Origin: Azolla caroliniana
Lineage: Eukaryota > Plantae > Polypodiophyta
Reading direction: 5' to 3'
NCBI GenBank assembly: GCA_043228905.1
Contig: JBHGNT010000015.1
Coordinates: forward strand, 11,346,001-11,410,000
Length of the DNA stretch: 64,000 bases
Below are positions 24,735 through 38,030 of the stretch, in pieces. Position 1 is the first letter of the stretch, and every line of letters starts with the position of its first letter. A model generated the notes under the pieces. That model ran no database searches, had not been told where the DNA came from, and was given only the letters and a program-made list of their open reading frames with translations. A program made the position numbers and the translations under genes.

Positions 24735-25148
24735 TGTTGCCTCTTAGGAAACACGGTCCGTGGTCAGTCCTTCGACCTAGACCCCAAGGTGGGTGTGGAA
24801 CAACGAATAGAGCTTAATCGTACTACGTAAGGAGAGAACCTCTGTGATTCCTCCGTGTGTAAGGGAAGACGGCTACAACCGACTCCTTATCATAGGTTGC
24901 GCTTACGTACTACTACGATTATGTATCCGAGACACAGAAACTCAGAGAAGATAGTATTCTATTATCAGGCGTTCTTTTACATTTCCCAAAATTTACACGC
25001 ACCCCCTTAAGAGGTTTTCTGCCCTTTATATATGCAGGGTCTAATTAGCCATTCACGCTTCCCCGCGTGAACCGTTACATACGTTACACTTTATATAGTT
25101 TCTTATTCCTACGCTTTTGGCCGTCGGTTACTATTCCGGCGGACAACA
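24735..25148 (-). repeat. 3' LTR of C (28 bp shorter than the 5' LTR)
   Basis: TGTTGCC...GGACAACA. The indel lies between CACAGA direct repeats. Confidence 0.95.
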
Positions 25149-25150
25149 CC

Positions 25151-25167
25151 TGGCACGCCTGTGAGAC
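25151..25167 (+). promoter_or_regulatory. Inverted PBS-like site (tRNA-Arg) at the PPT position of C
   Basis: TGGCACGCCTGTGAGAC lies 2 nt from the 3' LTR. No purine tract on the sense strand. Confidence 0.75.
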
Positions 25168-25195
25168 AGTGCCTTTGCACGTCGGACCCATCCCG

Positions 25196-27952
25196 TTAAT
25201 CTACTTCCAAAATGCCCCGGATGTTCGGCTCTGTTGTGGTGTCCTCGGCCGGACTTGATGTAGGGCTCGTAGGTGCATCGTGGTGCGGCTCCTTTGCTTG
25301 GTCGGCCTGGTTTCTCCCAGAGTCGCCTTCGCCATGTGCGGGTGGTCCGGGTATGGTGGGCTCTTCTTGAGTTCGTGGGCTGGGCTCCGCCGGTAGCGTG
25401 TTTGCTGTTGGCTGCTGCTCCGCCTCTATTGTTACGTCCTCCGTGGTGTTGGCCATTTTTGTGTGTCCCTGGCCGTGGGGCGGGGATTCCGCCTGGTCCG
25501 CACTATTTTCCGCGTTTTCTGAAGATGGTGTGGGCTGGACCTTTTGTTGGTTAATGGTTTCGCTGTCTAGTCTTGTGGGGAACTCCGCTCATTCGTCCCC
25601 GCTATTCTCCCCCGTTGTCCTCGCTGGTGATCGGACCTGAGGTTCCTCTTCTTTGGCTGTGACCGGAATTGGTGTCTCGCTGGGTTCCTCATTTGTGTGC
25701 GTGTTGCCGGTTTGTGTGATCTGGTGAAATAGCTCCTCCTGACTTTCACCAAAATCATCTAGGAGTTGTGCGAGTTCTTCGGAGTGTTGGTCTGCTAACG
25801 CGCGATAGTCTTGCGCTAGGTCCTCCCGTACGGTCGCAATGCTCTCCTCGTTTAGCTTATAAAACCCTCGGCCGTCTTTCCGCCGGTTCTCCCAGTCCGC
25901 GCGATACGCGTGCAATTCTGCTGCTTGGGTTGCCCACGCCATCCATCCTTTGTCCATCGCCGTTTTCAATTGCGCAGTGAACCTTTCCCGGTTGGTTTGG
26001 AGAAGGATGCACACGTTATCCGTGATGGCCTAACAGCGGTTGCGTGCATCTTCCATCGACTTCTGGAGATTCGCGATTTCCTGTTGTTTAACGGCTGCCG
26101 CTTCTTCATACGTGGCCTTCAAGCCCGCCCACAGCTGGGATTCCTTTCCATGTTGTTTTTCTTATTTCCCCATTTCATTGTTTAGGTGGATTTCGAGTTG
26201 ATGCCTTCTGTCTTGTTCGACTACCAACTTTTCATCGAACCATACCTTCTTTTTCTCTAATAAGGCCCAAAGTCCCGCTATTGCCGCCTCTGATTTCTTC
26301 GCGTCCTCTCGTAATTGGGCATTGTCGTCTTTTGTCCAGATGTGCTGAGCCACCTCCGTAGCTAGTTTCTCTTCAAGCGTTTTTACGGCCTTTTGTCCGT
26401 TAGCCCGTATCTCCTTTTCTCTGTTAGAGGATTGGCGTAGCTCTGCTCGAAGATGGTCAATTTCGGATTCCGCTAGTTGCACGACCCTTTTTGCTTTTAA
26501 GGCGATGGAAGTCTGAGCCTCAATTTCTTCTTTAAGAGCGTCCATAACGTGGTTTGGTGGCAGGGTTTCGTGTTGCGCCGTAGTCGTATGAGCTTCTAAC
26601 TCCGCGATGCGTGCGTTGGCCTTTTGTAGTTCGGCTTCGGTCAGTTTAACCTTCTTCCAGACATTCTTATTTTTTATGGCCATCTCCTTGGCGCCCGTGC
26701 TGACCTTTGCCAGTTCCCGATGGACTTCGACTAGGGCCGTCTTTAAGGGTGATATCTCCATCCCTACTCGCCGTACCCCAACGTTTCTCTATCTGCCGAC
26801 CCTGGCTAGCCGGTCCTCATCGTCGCTCTCCGTTGTTTGTGTTTGGGCGCGCTTATCATCTGTCATTCTGCATGCTCCTCGACCATGCGTTGGGCGGCTT
26901 TGACCTGTTGTGTTGCCACGAACTCCATGAGCTCGAAAGAGGAACCGAACTGCAAGAGGGTGCTAAATTCGTGGGCCGTATCCGGAATATCCGGATATGC
27001 CAAAACCTCGCTTTCCGCCGTCAATACGGCTTTCCCTTGCTGGGACTGAGTCGTAATAATCGGTCGCGGCTCCCGGATGATTTTGAAGGTGGTATTCGGC
27101 TCTGCTGTTGCGGGGCCTTCGCCAGCGGTCGATGCCTCCGGATTTGTGGGGGCGTTTTTTACCAACCCCCGCCCATCCTTTCTGTCCAATCTGCGTCGTT
27201 TGGGTCTAGGGCTTCCCCCCCGTGCTTCGGTGTCTGGTTCTGGGGCTACCCCCATGGGGTGTCTCAGCTGTTCTTCCTGCGTCGCCCGTGTATCCGGTTG
27301 GTCGGTAGGAGGTGTTGTCCTTGGGTCTGGTTGGGCCGGTTGGGGTTCCTTCTCCCACTCTGGGGCCGCTAACTCCGCGAACCTGCGTTTCGCGAAGCGG
27401 GGCGGGCCGTGGGTTGGCTGGGTTGTGGTGCTGGTAGGCCTCGAGGTGGAAATAGTACCGTAAGGTATTGTTGGATGATTGGCCTGAGCTTTTTGCCTGC
27501 TTGGTACGCATGCAAGCCTTCCCTTTACGCCGGCCCTATGATGACCCCCTAGTCGACTGTACGCCCCTCAAAGGTGTCGATAATGATGCCCGCCTTCTGT
27601 TTAGGCATCCCGTAAGCGTTGACATGGACGCAGCCTACTTCCAGTAGGAACTTGGCAACTTCACGGAAGAAGGGATCCGGAATCTGTTTTGTTCGATAGG
27701 CTTTGGTGGAGGATGAGTATGGGCCAAAATACCGCTGCAGCGCCTCTGTAGGAGGTATTTCGAAATGTCTTTCGCCTAGTGAGGATAGGTCTAACTTCTT
27801 CCGAATGGAAGAGTTTGTGACCGTGTCGATGTTAAACCGCCTGGCGATGTCCATGGCATCGGGTGCGGAGGTGCTTCTGCGACCCGAATATAACCATCCA
27901 GGCACTTCTCCACGAGCCATCGGCGTAGGGCAGTAGAGATGAAGATCGGCAT
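25196..27952 (-). pseudogene. Extra ORF3 of C (frameshifted)
   Basis: MPIFISTALRRWL..., LQRYFGPYSSSTKAYRT, FREVAKFLLEVG and WATQAAELHAYRADWEN are colinear with ORF3 of B. Confidence 0.85.
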
Positions 27953-28069
27953 CGCTAGAGTCGGTTTGTGGAGAGGCGACGGGTAGCAGTGGTGAGTTGG
28001 AGCTCTGAGATGTGATGGGGAAGAAGGTGAGGAGGAGCGATGGGAGTGTTGATAGCTAGACGCAACTAG

Positions 28070-31000
28070 TTGGAATGTGCCCTGTTCCGCTCCAATTATC
28101 CAGTATGGGCCCGTCCAGCGGAAACGTACCTTACCGGGCATCTGGCCCATGCGCGTTTCAAAAACTAGCACCGCTCGGCCCACGGCGAACTCCTTTTCCC
28201 TTGCGCTCCGATGTCGATCGACAAATGCTTTACGCCGTCGCTGTTCTTCTTCCAACACAGCCATGATGTGGACGCGTTTCTCCCCTAGTTCGAGGAGTTG
28301 GTAGAGCAGTTCCTCCTATGACTTGGCTTCTGATAATCGGTTCCGTATCTGAATGCACAAACTAGGTACCCGAAATTCGACCGGCATTACCGCTTCTAGT
28401 CCAAACGCTAGCCGGAACGGTGTTGACCGTATGCTTATTTTGTAACTAGTTCTGTACACCCATAACGCACTCTGGAGTTTGGTATCCCACTCCGTTCTGT
28501 TTTCATTGACGGTTTTCTTTAAAATGGTCTGTAAAGTTTTGTTCGTGGATTCCGCTAATCCATTCGCCTGCGGGTAGTATGGCGTGCTTTTCTTGTGGAC
28601 GACTGCGTAATGTTGTGTTAGTTCCCGAACCACCGTATTGAGGAAGTGGCTCCCCTAGTCACTGATGAGCTCAATCAGTTAGCCGAACTGGCACCAGATG
28701 TGCTCGTACATAAATTTGGCTGTGACAGCCGTTGTATTTTCCCGTAGTGCCTTTGCTTCTACCCATTTGGTACAGTAATCCGTGGCTACCAATATGTATT
28801 TGTTGCCCGTACGGGCTGCTGCTGGTGTGAAGGGCCCCACAAAATCCAATCCCCACTTTTGGAAGGGGTCCAGTGGTAATACGGGCTGGTGTGGCATCCT
28901 TGCGTCCTCCGCAGGCTGACCCATCCGCTGGCACAAATCACACTTTCTACAATACTCGGATGCGTCCTTCTGCGTTGTTGGCCACCATAAGCCCGCCTGC
29001 CATACTTTGCGGGCTGTCACGTTGCCTGTGTAATGGCCGTCGGCCGTGCCGCAGTGTGCCTCCCGTAAAACTGCTTCTTTTTCATCCTGACGGACTCCAC
29101 GTCGCCAAATGCCATCACTTCCTTTGTGATATAAATACCCTTCGACCAGGCAGAAGTGACGGCTTCGGATGGCTAGTCGTTTCTTCTCGTCTGTGCGTAA
29201 TTGTGGTGGAGGTAGTCCTGTAGTCTAAAAGTACGTCATTTCCATAAGCCATCGATCTGGAAAGGTGGATTCCGTTTTTTCTGCAAATGTCGCTACTCGC
29301 CAGATGTCGGCGTCCGGAAAATCGTTTTCGTCTTTCTGTACTGTTTCTCCATTCTCAAGTCTGCTCAAAAAATCCGCCATTGCGTGTTGCGTCCCTGGCC
29401 GGTGCTGAATTACGAACTCGAATTCCTAGAGCAGCAGCATCCACCGCGCCAATTTCCCTGTCAGGGCTTGTTTCTCTACCAAATACAATAATGCCGAATG
29501 ATCCATGTGGAAAGTGAATTTCCGTCCTAGTAAATAATGTCGGAATTTATTGATGCTATAGATCATCCCTAGTGCCTCCCGCTCTGTTGTGGAATAGTTA
29601 CGCTCTACTGCTGATAATTTACGACTTGCGTAGTATAGTGGCCCGTACTAGTTTGGTTCGGTGAGTTGCATTAGCGCGCTTCCTATTGCTGTGTTCGAGG
29701 CGCCGACGAACACGTGAAATGGTTTCGCCCAAACTGGTTGTACTATGGGGGCCTGTGTGAGCATTATCTTAAGTGCCTCATAGGCCTTATCCTCTGTTGC
29801 AGTCCATTGGAAAGGAGTCTGATGTACAACAGCGTGTAGTGGCGTGGCAAAGTCCGCCAAATACCATATCATCCGATTATGCCACCGTATTTGGCCTAAA
29901 AACCGGCTAAGTGCTTTGGCATTTGTCGGAGTTTTAGCTTGTATAATAGCGGAGATCTTGTTTGGGTCGACCGCTATTCCTTCCTTGCTGACTATGTGGC
30001 CTAGGAGAGTCCCGCTGGTCACGCCGAAGGCACATTTTGCGGGATTCAGGCTTAAGCGTGCGGTGCGGCAACATTCCAGGCAGAGACGTAAGTGCGAGAA
30101 ATGGTCTTTTGTTCGCCCATATACCGCAAAATCGTCTAAAAAGACTTGCATGAACGCCGGAATGTATTCCCCAAAGATCTCCGTAATCTTTTGTTGGAAT
30201 GTTGTCGGTGCTGTCTTTAACCCAAACATCATGACGACAGGCACATATACTCCCCAATCCGTGACAAATGCCGTCTTCTCCTGGTTGTCAAGGTGCATGC
30301 GTACTTGGTTATAGCCACTGAAGCCATCTAAGAAACTGTACATCTCATGACCTGCGACGGCGTCCAGCACGCTATCCGTGAAGGGTAAGGGAAATGCGTC
30401 CGTAATGGTTACGACGTTTAATTTCCGGTAATCCACGCATACCCATATTTTGCCGTTTTTCTTTGGCACAACCACTATCGGGCTAAGCCATGTCGCTTGT
30501 TTTACTGGCCGTATGAACCCAACCCTAAACATCTTGTCAATTTCTTCTTTCACGCGGGTCGCGTAATTGGGGTTCATGCGGTAGCGACGCTGTTGGACAG
30601 GTTTCACGTCCGTTGCTAAATTGATCTTATGCTGAAAGAACTTGGGATCTAACCCCTTCATGTCCTCATGAGCCCACGCGAACACATCTTTATATTCCGT
30701 GAGTAGTGCGATCATTGTGGTTCTCTGGTCCGACCTCAATTCCTTTGCTATGGAGAGGAACCGGGGTTCTGATCCCATACCCACATTCACTTCGTCGAGA
30801 GCGGAAGCGGTGACCCGTCGTGAAATCTCCATTTCCCTTTCGAAGGCCGCCCGTACTCTGCTGAGTTCCAATATGGACTCTGGGTTTGGTTCGTATGGCT
30901 CTTCGCTTGGAACAATGGCCGTAGTATATTCTGTCGCAGTTGCGATGACATCTATCTCGAACAACAGAATAATCTGAGGATGTTCGTCAAGGTACGCTTC

Positions 31001-31880
31001 CAATTCGGCATCCTCCACCCCAACCAGCATATTGATGTCTTCCGCATATAACGGTGTTATCCCCTTAGGTTGGGGCGTATTGCCTTCTGTAGGAACACGA
31101 ACCTTGATGCGTCCCTGCCGGAAACTGATACACTCGTGTTGCCAGCTCTGCTTGATATTTGTTGTCCGAAGCCATGGTCTACCCAGAAGCACTGGGTACG
31201 CTCCTGGCGCGTCCAAAGCAAGGACGACCGCCGATATGTCGAAGCGGTGTCCGCCCACGATGATGCCTATTTTGTGAATTAGCCCCAACGGCCGCACTAA
31301 TCTGGTATCTACCATGCGAAGCCAGAATGGACACGCCTCCCATTCGGAAATGCCCAATTGTTCGCAAGTTTTCGCGCTAATCACATTGACGCCTGAGCCA
31401 CCGTCGATTATGCATCCAGGGACTTCCTGTCCGTGCAGTATTACTGTAATGGCCGGGTTGTGCTGATCTACCACTAGTGGTCCCTCGCTGACGTCAGTCA
31501 GGTTTGTGGCAACGCTCGCCCCGGTCGTGCCCGCCATCTTTGCTTCCTTGGTCTGGCGGAAGTGTGGAACTAGCTGTAGCAGTTTTTCCATGGTTAGCGT
31601 GATCTCACAGCCCGTTAACACCTGCCAAATGGGGTCCGGCCCCGGTTTTTCGTTCTTTGTTCGCTTCATTGCATTCGCGGACTCCTGCCTCATGCGTTCC
31701 GTATTGGTCGCGTTTGCTTTTTCCGCCCAGGCTTGGGCTTGTCGTCGTACCTCGTCCTGCGCAACCCAATCCGCCATTTTCGTTTGTTGGCGTGTCGTGA
31801 CTTGTTGCACCTCCGCCGTAATCGTGTTGACGGCAGGCCCCTTTCCCTTGCGTGTTGGGCATTGTGTGGCATAATGTCCG
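28070..31880 (-). pseudogene. pol of C (PR-RT-RH-IN)
   Basis: [42 protein letters not shown]. Several stops. Confidence 0.95.
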
Positions 31881-33085
31881 GGTTGCTGACAAATAAAATA
31901 GTGGATGCTTGATTCTCCCTTCTCAACCCCAAGTGGAGTGTGCCGTTCTCCGGGTGCTACTTGCTCTTCGCAGTCCGGCCTCGTTTGTCGGGACGTACGC
32001 GGTGGCTGCTGTTGATCCCGTCGTTGTTCTTGGCGCCGCTCATCGCCCGAGCTTTCGTCGTAACACCGGTGATCCCTATATTGTCGAGGCTTACCTCGTT
32101 AGCCATTGAAGCCGCCCCGTTTATTCATCGGGCGTTGATGTTCTATTTAACATATTCTACTCACATTGGTCGACTGTGTGAACCTTCAAGTGGCAGATTG
32201 GGCAGTGGATTCACATATTGCACTCCACCGCGGAATACCCCGAGTTCAAGCAAATCGTGCACTGGATTGCCTGACGAAATTGGTGTTCCTCATCCTGAGG
32301 TAACGCTTGTCGTAAGGATGACATCGAAAATCTCTCCTCCTCGTCATCCAACTCAAGCTGTAACGCTCGTTCAATCACCATATCCGCTGTTTCCCCGTTT
32401 ACGCTATTGTTGTTGAGCGTTGCCCTGATGGGCCGGCGTAACGCTGCCAGAAATGTCTCCCGTGCCTCCTCCTCCGCAGGGCTTCGATCCAGTTTCCGTC
32501 GTAAATTTTGGAACCGTAAGCTGAAGTCTGCTATTGTCTCGGTCGGTAGTTGCTTAATTGTATAAAACTGCCCGAGAATCTCGCGTTGTGGAACCCTCCG
32601 GTGGAAAAAACGCAAGAAGGCGGACTGGAGTTGATCGAAGGTTGTTATGGCCGGTAAATCCATCTGTGAATGACAGAATGCCGCACGCCAATCTAATGTT
32701 AATCCAAACTCCGTCATTTTCGATCGGTGTGCCACCGTCTCGGAAAGGTTCTGTGCCATGTGGTTCGCATTCCAAACGTTCAAGAACATGCGAATATGAG
32801 TTGCGGCGTCGGTTTCGCCGTTAAAGCGGGGGTAGGCAAAGGCCATCGTGGGAGCTACGACGGATCGGAGAAGGTCACTGGGAGGCTGCGGGAAGCGTGG
32901 TCCCCTCGCCTCGTCGAGGTATTTGGGGAGCAAGGAATCCTCTTTGCACTCCTGGCAGGTATTACTGGGGTCGCCGATGCGCGGCTTTTGTCGAGCGCGT
33001 TCTTCTGCTTGGCGTGTGACGGACCTTGTTATTGGCCGATCTTGTCTTCTTGGTTCTTTGAGTCTTCTGCGGTTAAACATCCATT
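31880..33085 (-). pseudogene. gag of C
   Basis: YPRFNGETDAATHI, QFYTIKQLPTETIADFSLRF, CTICLNSGYSAVEC. Confidence 0.85.
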
Positions 33086-33113
33086 CGTTGTTGCTCGTCT
33101 GTGAGGAAACACA

Positions 33114-33130
33114 GATCACCAAGCGTGCCA
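33114..33130 (-). promoter_or_regulatory. 5' PBS of C (TGGCACGCTTGGTG, tRNA-Arg-like)
   Basis: 4 nt downstream of the 5' LTR on the sense strand. Confidence 0.75.
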
Positions 33131-33134
33131 AAAG

Positions 33135-33576
33135 TGTTGCCTCTTAGGAAACACGGTCTGTGGTCAGTCCTTCGACCTAGACCCCAAGGTGGGTGTGGAA
33201 CAACGAACAGAGCTTAATCGTACTACGTAAGGAGAGAACCTCTGTGATTCCTCCATGTGTAAGGGAAGACGGCTACAACCGACTCCTTATCACAGGTTGC
33301 GCTTACGTACTACTACGATTACGTATTCGAGACACAGACACTGAATTAGCCGTAGCTATACACAGAAACTCAGAGAAGATAGTATTCTATTATCAGGCGT
33401 TCTTTTACATTTCCCAAAATTTACACGCACCCCCTTAAGAGGTTTTCTGCCCTTTATATATGCAGGGTCTAATTAGTCGTTCACGCTTCCCCGCGTGAAC
33501 CGTTACATACGTTACGCTTTATATAGTTTCTTATTCCTACGCTTTTGGCCGTCGGTTACTATTCTGGCGGACAACA
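33135..33576 (-). repeat. 5' LTR of C
   Basis: Direct repeat of 24735-25148. TATATAAA on the minus strand. Confidence 0.95.
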
Positions 33577-33688
33577 GCGTGTCCCGTAATAAATAGAAGC
33601 GCCGGCTTTGTACCGTCAGGTGTTTCCTCTCGTCTCGGTTCATCTCCTCTGGAGGCAATCCGGTGCTCAAAAATTGGTGCATATTTGT

Positions 33689-33855
33689 CATAGTTCTAGC
33701 CATACGTCCCATTCGTGTCATACTCAAACGCCAATATTCGTATCATACTCATACGTGAAAAGGCTCCAAGTATGATTGAAATCCATACGCGGTACATAGA
33801 TATATTATATATACATATGGTGTATATGGTGTACATAGTGTGTGTGTGTGTGAGG

Positions 33856-33890
<35 letters not shown>

Positions 33891-34274
33891 TGTGTGATCT
33901 AGAGAGAGAAGCCCTGTTTTGCATGTGTGAGGAGACAGTGATTGAGTGTATATCTAGACTCTAGAGAGAGAGAGAGAGAGAGGAGCTATGGGTTTTGTCT
34001 GTGTGAGGGAGTATGTAATATGTATATTAGATATCTAGATTTTGTAGAGAGAGAAAATCTGTCAGTTCTCGTGTGAGAGAGAGAGAGAGAGTGTGTATGT
34101 GTGTCAGATGTCACTTCTATTCACAAAATATTATGAATATCAAAAATTAAAAAAACCAAAAAAAAGTAAAAAAAAAAGAAAGAAGCCAAACGAATATCGC
34201 GTATCATACGCGTACGTTTGCAAACGTTCGCGTACGTCCAGTAAATTGGACGTACGCGAATATTAGGAACTATG
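33689..34274. mobile_element. hAT-type MITE (586 bp) in B pol
   Basis: TIRs CATAGTTC/GAACTATG, 8-bp TSD ATATTTGT (33681-33688, 34275-34282), internal (GA)n/(TG)n. Confidence 0.9.
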
Positions 34275-34282
34275 ATATTTGT

Positions 34283-36000
34283 TAGCCACTTATCTTTTGG
34301 TGCCACCGTTTCATCTGCTGCCGTTTCCACGGTGACTCAAAATAGCTCATCGTCATGGAAGGGAAACCTCCTTCCCAATAAATAATGCCTGAATTTTGTT
34401 ACGCTGTAGATCATGCCTAAAGCTTCCCTTTCCGTGGTGGAATAATTTCGTTCGGCTTGGGATAACTTCCGACTTGCGTAATATACAGGCCGGTACCATC
34501 TTGGCTCCGTAAGTTGCATCAGCGCACTCCCGATTGCAATGTCGGATGCATACACGAACACATGAAATTCCTTCGCCCAATCCGGGGATTGCACTACCGG
34601 CGTTTGCGACAATAGCACTTTGAGTGCCCGGTACGCCTTGTCTTCGGTGTCGGTCCACTAGAACGGTGTTCGGTGTACTGCAACATGCAGTGGTGTAGCT
34701 AGGTCCGCCAAATACCAGAGCATTTGGCTATGCCAACGGATTTGGCCTAAGAAATGGCTCAATGCCTTTGCCGTTTTTGGTGACAAGGATTGCTTTTACT
34801 TTGTCTGGATCCACGACGATGCCCTCGTTGCTGACAATGTGCCCCAGTAGCGTTCCGTTGGACACACCGAATACACACTTCGCAAGATTCAAGCTTAGCC
34901 GGTAAGCCCTACACTTTTCTAGACACAGTCGGAGGTGGTGAAGGTGGTCTCCTTCCTGGCTGTAAACGGCGAAGTCGTCAAGGAACACCTGGCTCTCATA
35001 TCCTCGTAGGACCAGGCAAACACGTCCCGAAACTCTTTGAGAAGTGTAATCATCGTCGTTCTGTTCTCCGTAGTCATTTCCTTGGCTATCTGTACCAGTC
35101 TCGCCTCTTCCGTAGTTCCTAGATTTACCTCCTCTAGTTGGGATGCTTTCACCCGTTGTGATATGGCCATTTCTATTTCCAGCGCTTCTTGTGCTTGCCG
35201 TAGCTCCCGGATCACTTCTTTGTTTGGTTCTTCGTCCGCTCCGTCCGGTGGCAATATGTATGGTGATACGGCTTCAGCTACGTCGATTTCGAACAGAGGT
35301 ACAATCTTCGGATTATCTTGCAAGTATTGATCCACCTCTTCGTCTGCTAATCCGTCCAGCATATTGACACATTCGGCATATAGGGGTGTCAATTCCTTCC
35401 CGGTACCCGTCCGTGGTTGTGTCAATACCCGTACTTTTGCTTTTCCCCACCAGAAGGTGATTATATTCTTCCTCCTATTTTGTTTAATGTGCGTCGTTTT
35501 TAGCCACGGCCATCCCAACAATGGCGGGTATGCTCCTTGTGCCTGTAATTGTAGCACTACTGCCAAGATGTGAAATGTGTGGCCGCCGATTGTTACTTCC
35601 AAATCTCGTATCAAGCTGGTCGGTCGCACTGAGCTTGTATCCGCCATCCGTAGCCAGAACGGGCATGGTTGGTTCCCACTCTTGGATTCCCAAGGTTGTG
35701 CATGTTCGGAGGCTAATCACATTGACATCAGATCCTCCATCTATTACTGTTCCGGGTAACTCCTTTCCCTTCATGATGGATGTGATCGCCGGACTGTTTG
35801 TGTCTACCACCGCCGGTCCTTCCTCCGGATTTGAGAAGAATGTTGGTGCCTGTGGTGTTTCTCCGGCCGTCATGCTTGTCTTGAGTCCTTCTATGAATCT
35901 GGGCACTAGTTGTAGGAGCCATCCTAATGGCAGCGTGATTTGGGACTCCTGCAATGCCTGCCATGTCGCATTTTCGGTCTAACTGCCGCCGGCGAGCTCT
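34283..36000 (-). pseudogene. PR-RT-RNase H of B with internal deletions
   Basis: VIDGGSDVN, VFAWSYEDM joined directly to FLDDF (RT core deleted), YYASRKLSQAERNYSTTEREAL. Confidence 0.9.
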
Positions 36001-37975
36001 TCGGTGTTCTCCTTTTGCTGCGCCAGTTCTGCTACGTTTCGCTCATTTGCCTTTTTCACCCATTCCGTTTCCTGCTTCCGGATGGCCTCTTGTGTCTCCC
36101 ATTCCGTCGTCTTGCCCTTCGACCTTGTGGTAACCTGCTGTAGGTCTGTGACTTCGGCGACTACCATGTTTACTGTTAGGCGCTTGTCATAGCTCTTTGT
36201 CGGACATTGATTACTATAATGTCCTTCTTGCCGCCAATAATAGCAATATGCTTTCCGGGTATTGCTGGATTCGGCATTGTTTCTTGTACCTGGTGGAGGA
36301 CCTATGGTAACCGCGGGGTCCGGTTGGCTGCATGAGGTGCCTTTTTCTTTCCGGTTCACGTGGGTGGCTCCCTTTTTTGAAATGTCGTTTTTTAGTAAAG
36401 TTCTTTTTGTTGCGGTACCCTTGACGGTGTTGGTTGTCATATCTCCTGTAATCTTCCCGTCGTTGGTGATACCCGGGGGAGTGATCCTGGTTGTAATGCT
36501 CGTACCGTCCATTGTAATCTCGATACCTGTCATATTGCTCGTATCGGTCATAGTTGTCTCGCCGATCGCCGTACCGGCCGATATCGCTCCTCTCACCGCC
36601 AACGTTCGTCTTCTTCGTCTCGATTGCTACGTGGCTCGATTTGCCGGACTGGTGGTGCTTGCCGATTCAATAAGTTATATTTGCACCGGTCCATCATGTG
36701 GCTCTGAGATTGGCAGAGTAAGCAGTGCGTCCGCATGGTGCACTCCAGTGCCGAGTGTCCGGAATTCAAGCAGTTCATGCATTGGATTGCTTGCCGGAAT
36801 CGAAGATCCTCATCGGTTGGTAACGCTTGTTGGAGGGCTCCCATTGTTAGCCAAGAGCTCGTTTTCTCCATTTCTCTAACTTGGTCGATGACCTGGTCGA
36901 CGGTGCTTGTGCGAAAGTCGATGACCGTGCATACCGTTCGTAGAGGTTCCCGGACCGCAGCTAAGAATATAGCCCGTGTTTCTTCCTCCGGAGGTGTTCG
37001 GGTAAGATGACTGTGCATCTGTTGAAACCGGATGACAAACTGCGGAATGCTCTCCCCAAGGTCCTACCGGATGGTATAAAATAAGCCCACCATTTCTCTC
37101 TGGTCCACCTCCTTCTGAAAGAAGTGCAAGAATTTGTCTTTTAGGTTCGCAAAGGTGGTAATGGTGCTGGGGTCCTGCGTCCGGTGCCATCTGGCGGCCG
37201 GTCCTTCCAATGTCTCGCCGAATTCGGCTATCTTCGGCCGCGGTTAACCATTGTGACACATGGTTCGCCTCCCATGTTTGTTGAAACGTATGAACATGAG
37301 CCTCCGCGTCCGGATCATCCCTATACTTGGAGTACTGGAATGGCATGTCGTCGTCAAGTGTCGGTACACGGGCTGGCGGTGTCGGTGGTCTTTCCTGTTG
37401 TTCCGTCGGCGTCGGAGGTCTTTGCCAGTCTTCCTTTGGTGTTGCCGGCTCGACTTCTGGTGTCGGAGGTCTTTGCCGGTCTTCCTTTGGTGTTGCCGGC
37501 TCGACTTCCGGTGCCGGAGGTCTTTCTTTGTCTTCTTCCGTCTCCGGAGGTTGCTCCATGTCTAGTGTCAGGGGTTCCCGGTCTGATAACTCTGGTTCCG
37601 GTGTCGGTAATGTATCCAACTCCTCGTCCTCCAGTCCTCCTGGGGTGTCGTTACTGCTGCGATAGTTCGTGTGCACGCTGTAACCCCCTTCCGAATCCGA
37701 TTCCAGCACTTAAAATGCTTCGGATTCGCCGTCTCTTCTGGCCAAGGCCTAGAGAAGGGATTCCGCTTCCCAAAGACTACTTAGCCTGCTTCCTTCGTCC
37801 GGTATGCGTTTTGTTGCAGACGGAGCGAATCCTCCGCCACTTTCCGGATCACTTTGGAAAATGATCGATCCGATCGGATTTCTTCCTCTGCTTGCTTGAA
37901 AGCCTCTCGCTGCCTTTGCCGTTCAACAAGTCTTCGTGCTCTCTCCGTAATCGGGTCGCCTGTTGGCCTAGTCAT
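35979..37975 (-). pseudogene. gag of B (51-bp repeat encoding PPTPEVEPATPKED; two zinc knuckles)
   Basis: CMNCLNSGHSALEC, CYYWRQEGHYSNQC. Homologous to gag of C. Confidence 0.85.
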
Positions 37976-38005
37976 CCATTCCCGCCACTATTCACTGCGA
38001 TTGTG

Positions 38006-38023
38006 CTCCCATCGTGATTGCCA
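38006..38023 (-). promoter_or_regulatory. 5' PBS of B (TGGCAATCACGATGGGAG; resembles Arg UCG/CCG type)
   Basis: TGG-initiated 18-mer 7 nt after the 5' LTR on the sense strand. Confidence 0.65.
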
Positions 38024-38030
38024 AAAACTG

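Larger units (their letters stand above)
24735..33576 (-). mobile_element. Ty3/gypsy element C (same lineage as B, different family) with extra 3' ORF; degenerate
   Basis: LTRs 24735-25148 and 33135-33576, TSD GCGTG (24730-24734, 33577-33581). Confidence 0.95.
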
